This document shows, in pieces, positions 63,883 through 64,000 of a DNA stretch of 64,000 bases (positions are counted from its first letter, which is position 1; every line of letters starts with the position of its first letter). This stretch comes from Planctomycetota bacterium (GTDB taxonomy: Bacteria > Planctomycetota > PLA2): assembly GCA_021776735.1 (NCBI GenBank), contig JAJFFH010000049.1, positions 5,523 through 69,522 of the forward strand. Reading direction: 5' to 3'. A program made the translations under genes and the position numbers. The notes under the pieces were generated by a model. That model worked only from the letters and a program-made list of their open reading frames with translations. It was not told where the DNA came from and did no database searches.

Positions 63883-64000
63883 GACTCTTTGTTTTCTAAC
63901 CGGGCCATTGGGCTTCGGTTTGGGGGATCGGAGTGTAACCGGGGTTTTGGGGGCTGCAAGGCGTTCTGGAACGGGCCGGATTCTTCTGGCTGGATTTCGT

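Overview
GC-rich (about 68-70% GC) bacterial chromosomal segment with densely packed genes. About 60 CDS are supportable from the ORF track and recognisable protein signatures, plus one tRNA-Pro(GGG). Gene content includes three ECF sigma factors (one next to a Ser/Thr kinase, one with a zinc-finger anti-sigma, one fused to a TM helix and CarboxypepD_reg-like repeats). It also includes an RND efflux pair, a tungsten-type aldehyde:ferredoxin oxidoreductase, a DEAD-box helicase, a TetR regulator with operators and many exported lipoproteins. A Type II R-M pair (BamHI-like REase plus MT-A70-family MTase) and a 12-kb glycan locus (STT3/PglB-like oligosaccharyltransferase, WbaP-type initiating transferase, Wzm/Wzt, four GTs, Wzy-like protein, radical SAM) are present. 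Gene content points to an anaerobic or facultative Deltaproteobacteria-like or Planctomycetota-like lineage, but this cannot be assigned from sequence alone. Main hunting results: (1) At least three exported thioredoxin-fold genes are split in the ORF track by a single in-frame TGA that lies exactly at the catalytic Cys position (W-U-P-G-C, W-U-P-G-A, G-C-T-U). Each has a GC hairpin 11-14 nt downstream, so they look like unannotated selenoproteins. A fourth in-frame TGA with a perfect downstream hairpin sits inside an FG-GAP repeat gene. (2) A 20-30 nt motif (consensus approximately AGACATCGCCGTCCGTTTGCTTTTTTCGG) occurs at least 16 times in both coding and non-coding DNA, once as an inverted pair. 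This is USS/REP-like behaviour. (3) An ECF sigma-TM-CarboxypepD_reg fusion protein. (4) A four-helix-bundle (Avd/23S-IVP family) gene bracketed by about 70-bp direct repeats. (5) A higA antitoxin next to an internally deleted higB. (6) Partial tRNA-Pro duplicates suggesting integration scars at the right edge. All calls rest on reading the sequence and the supplied translations; no database search was possible.
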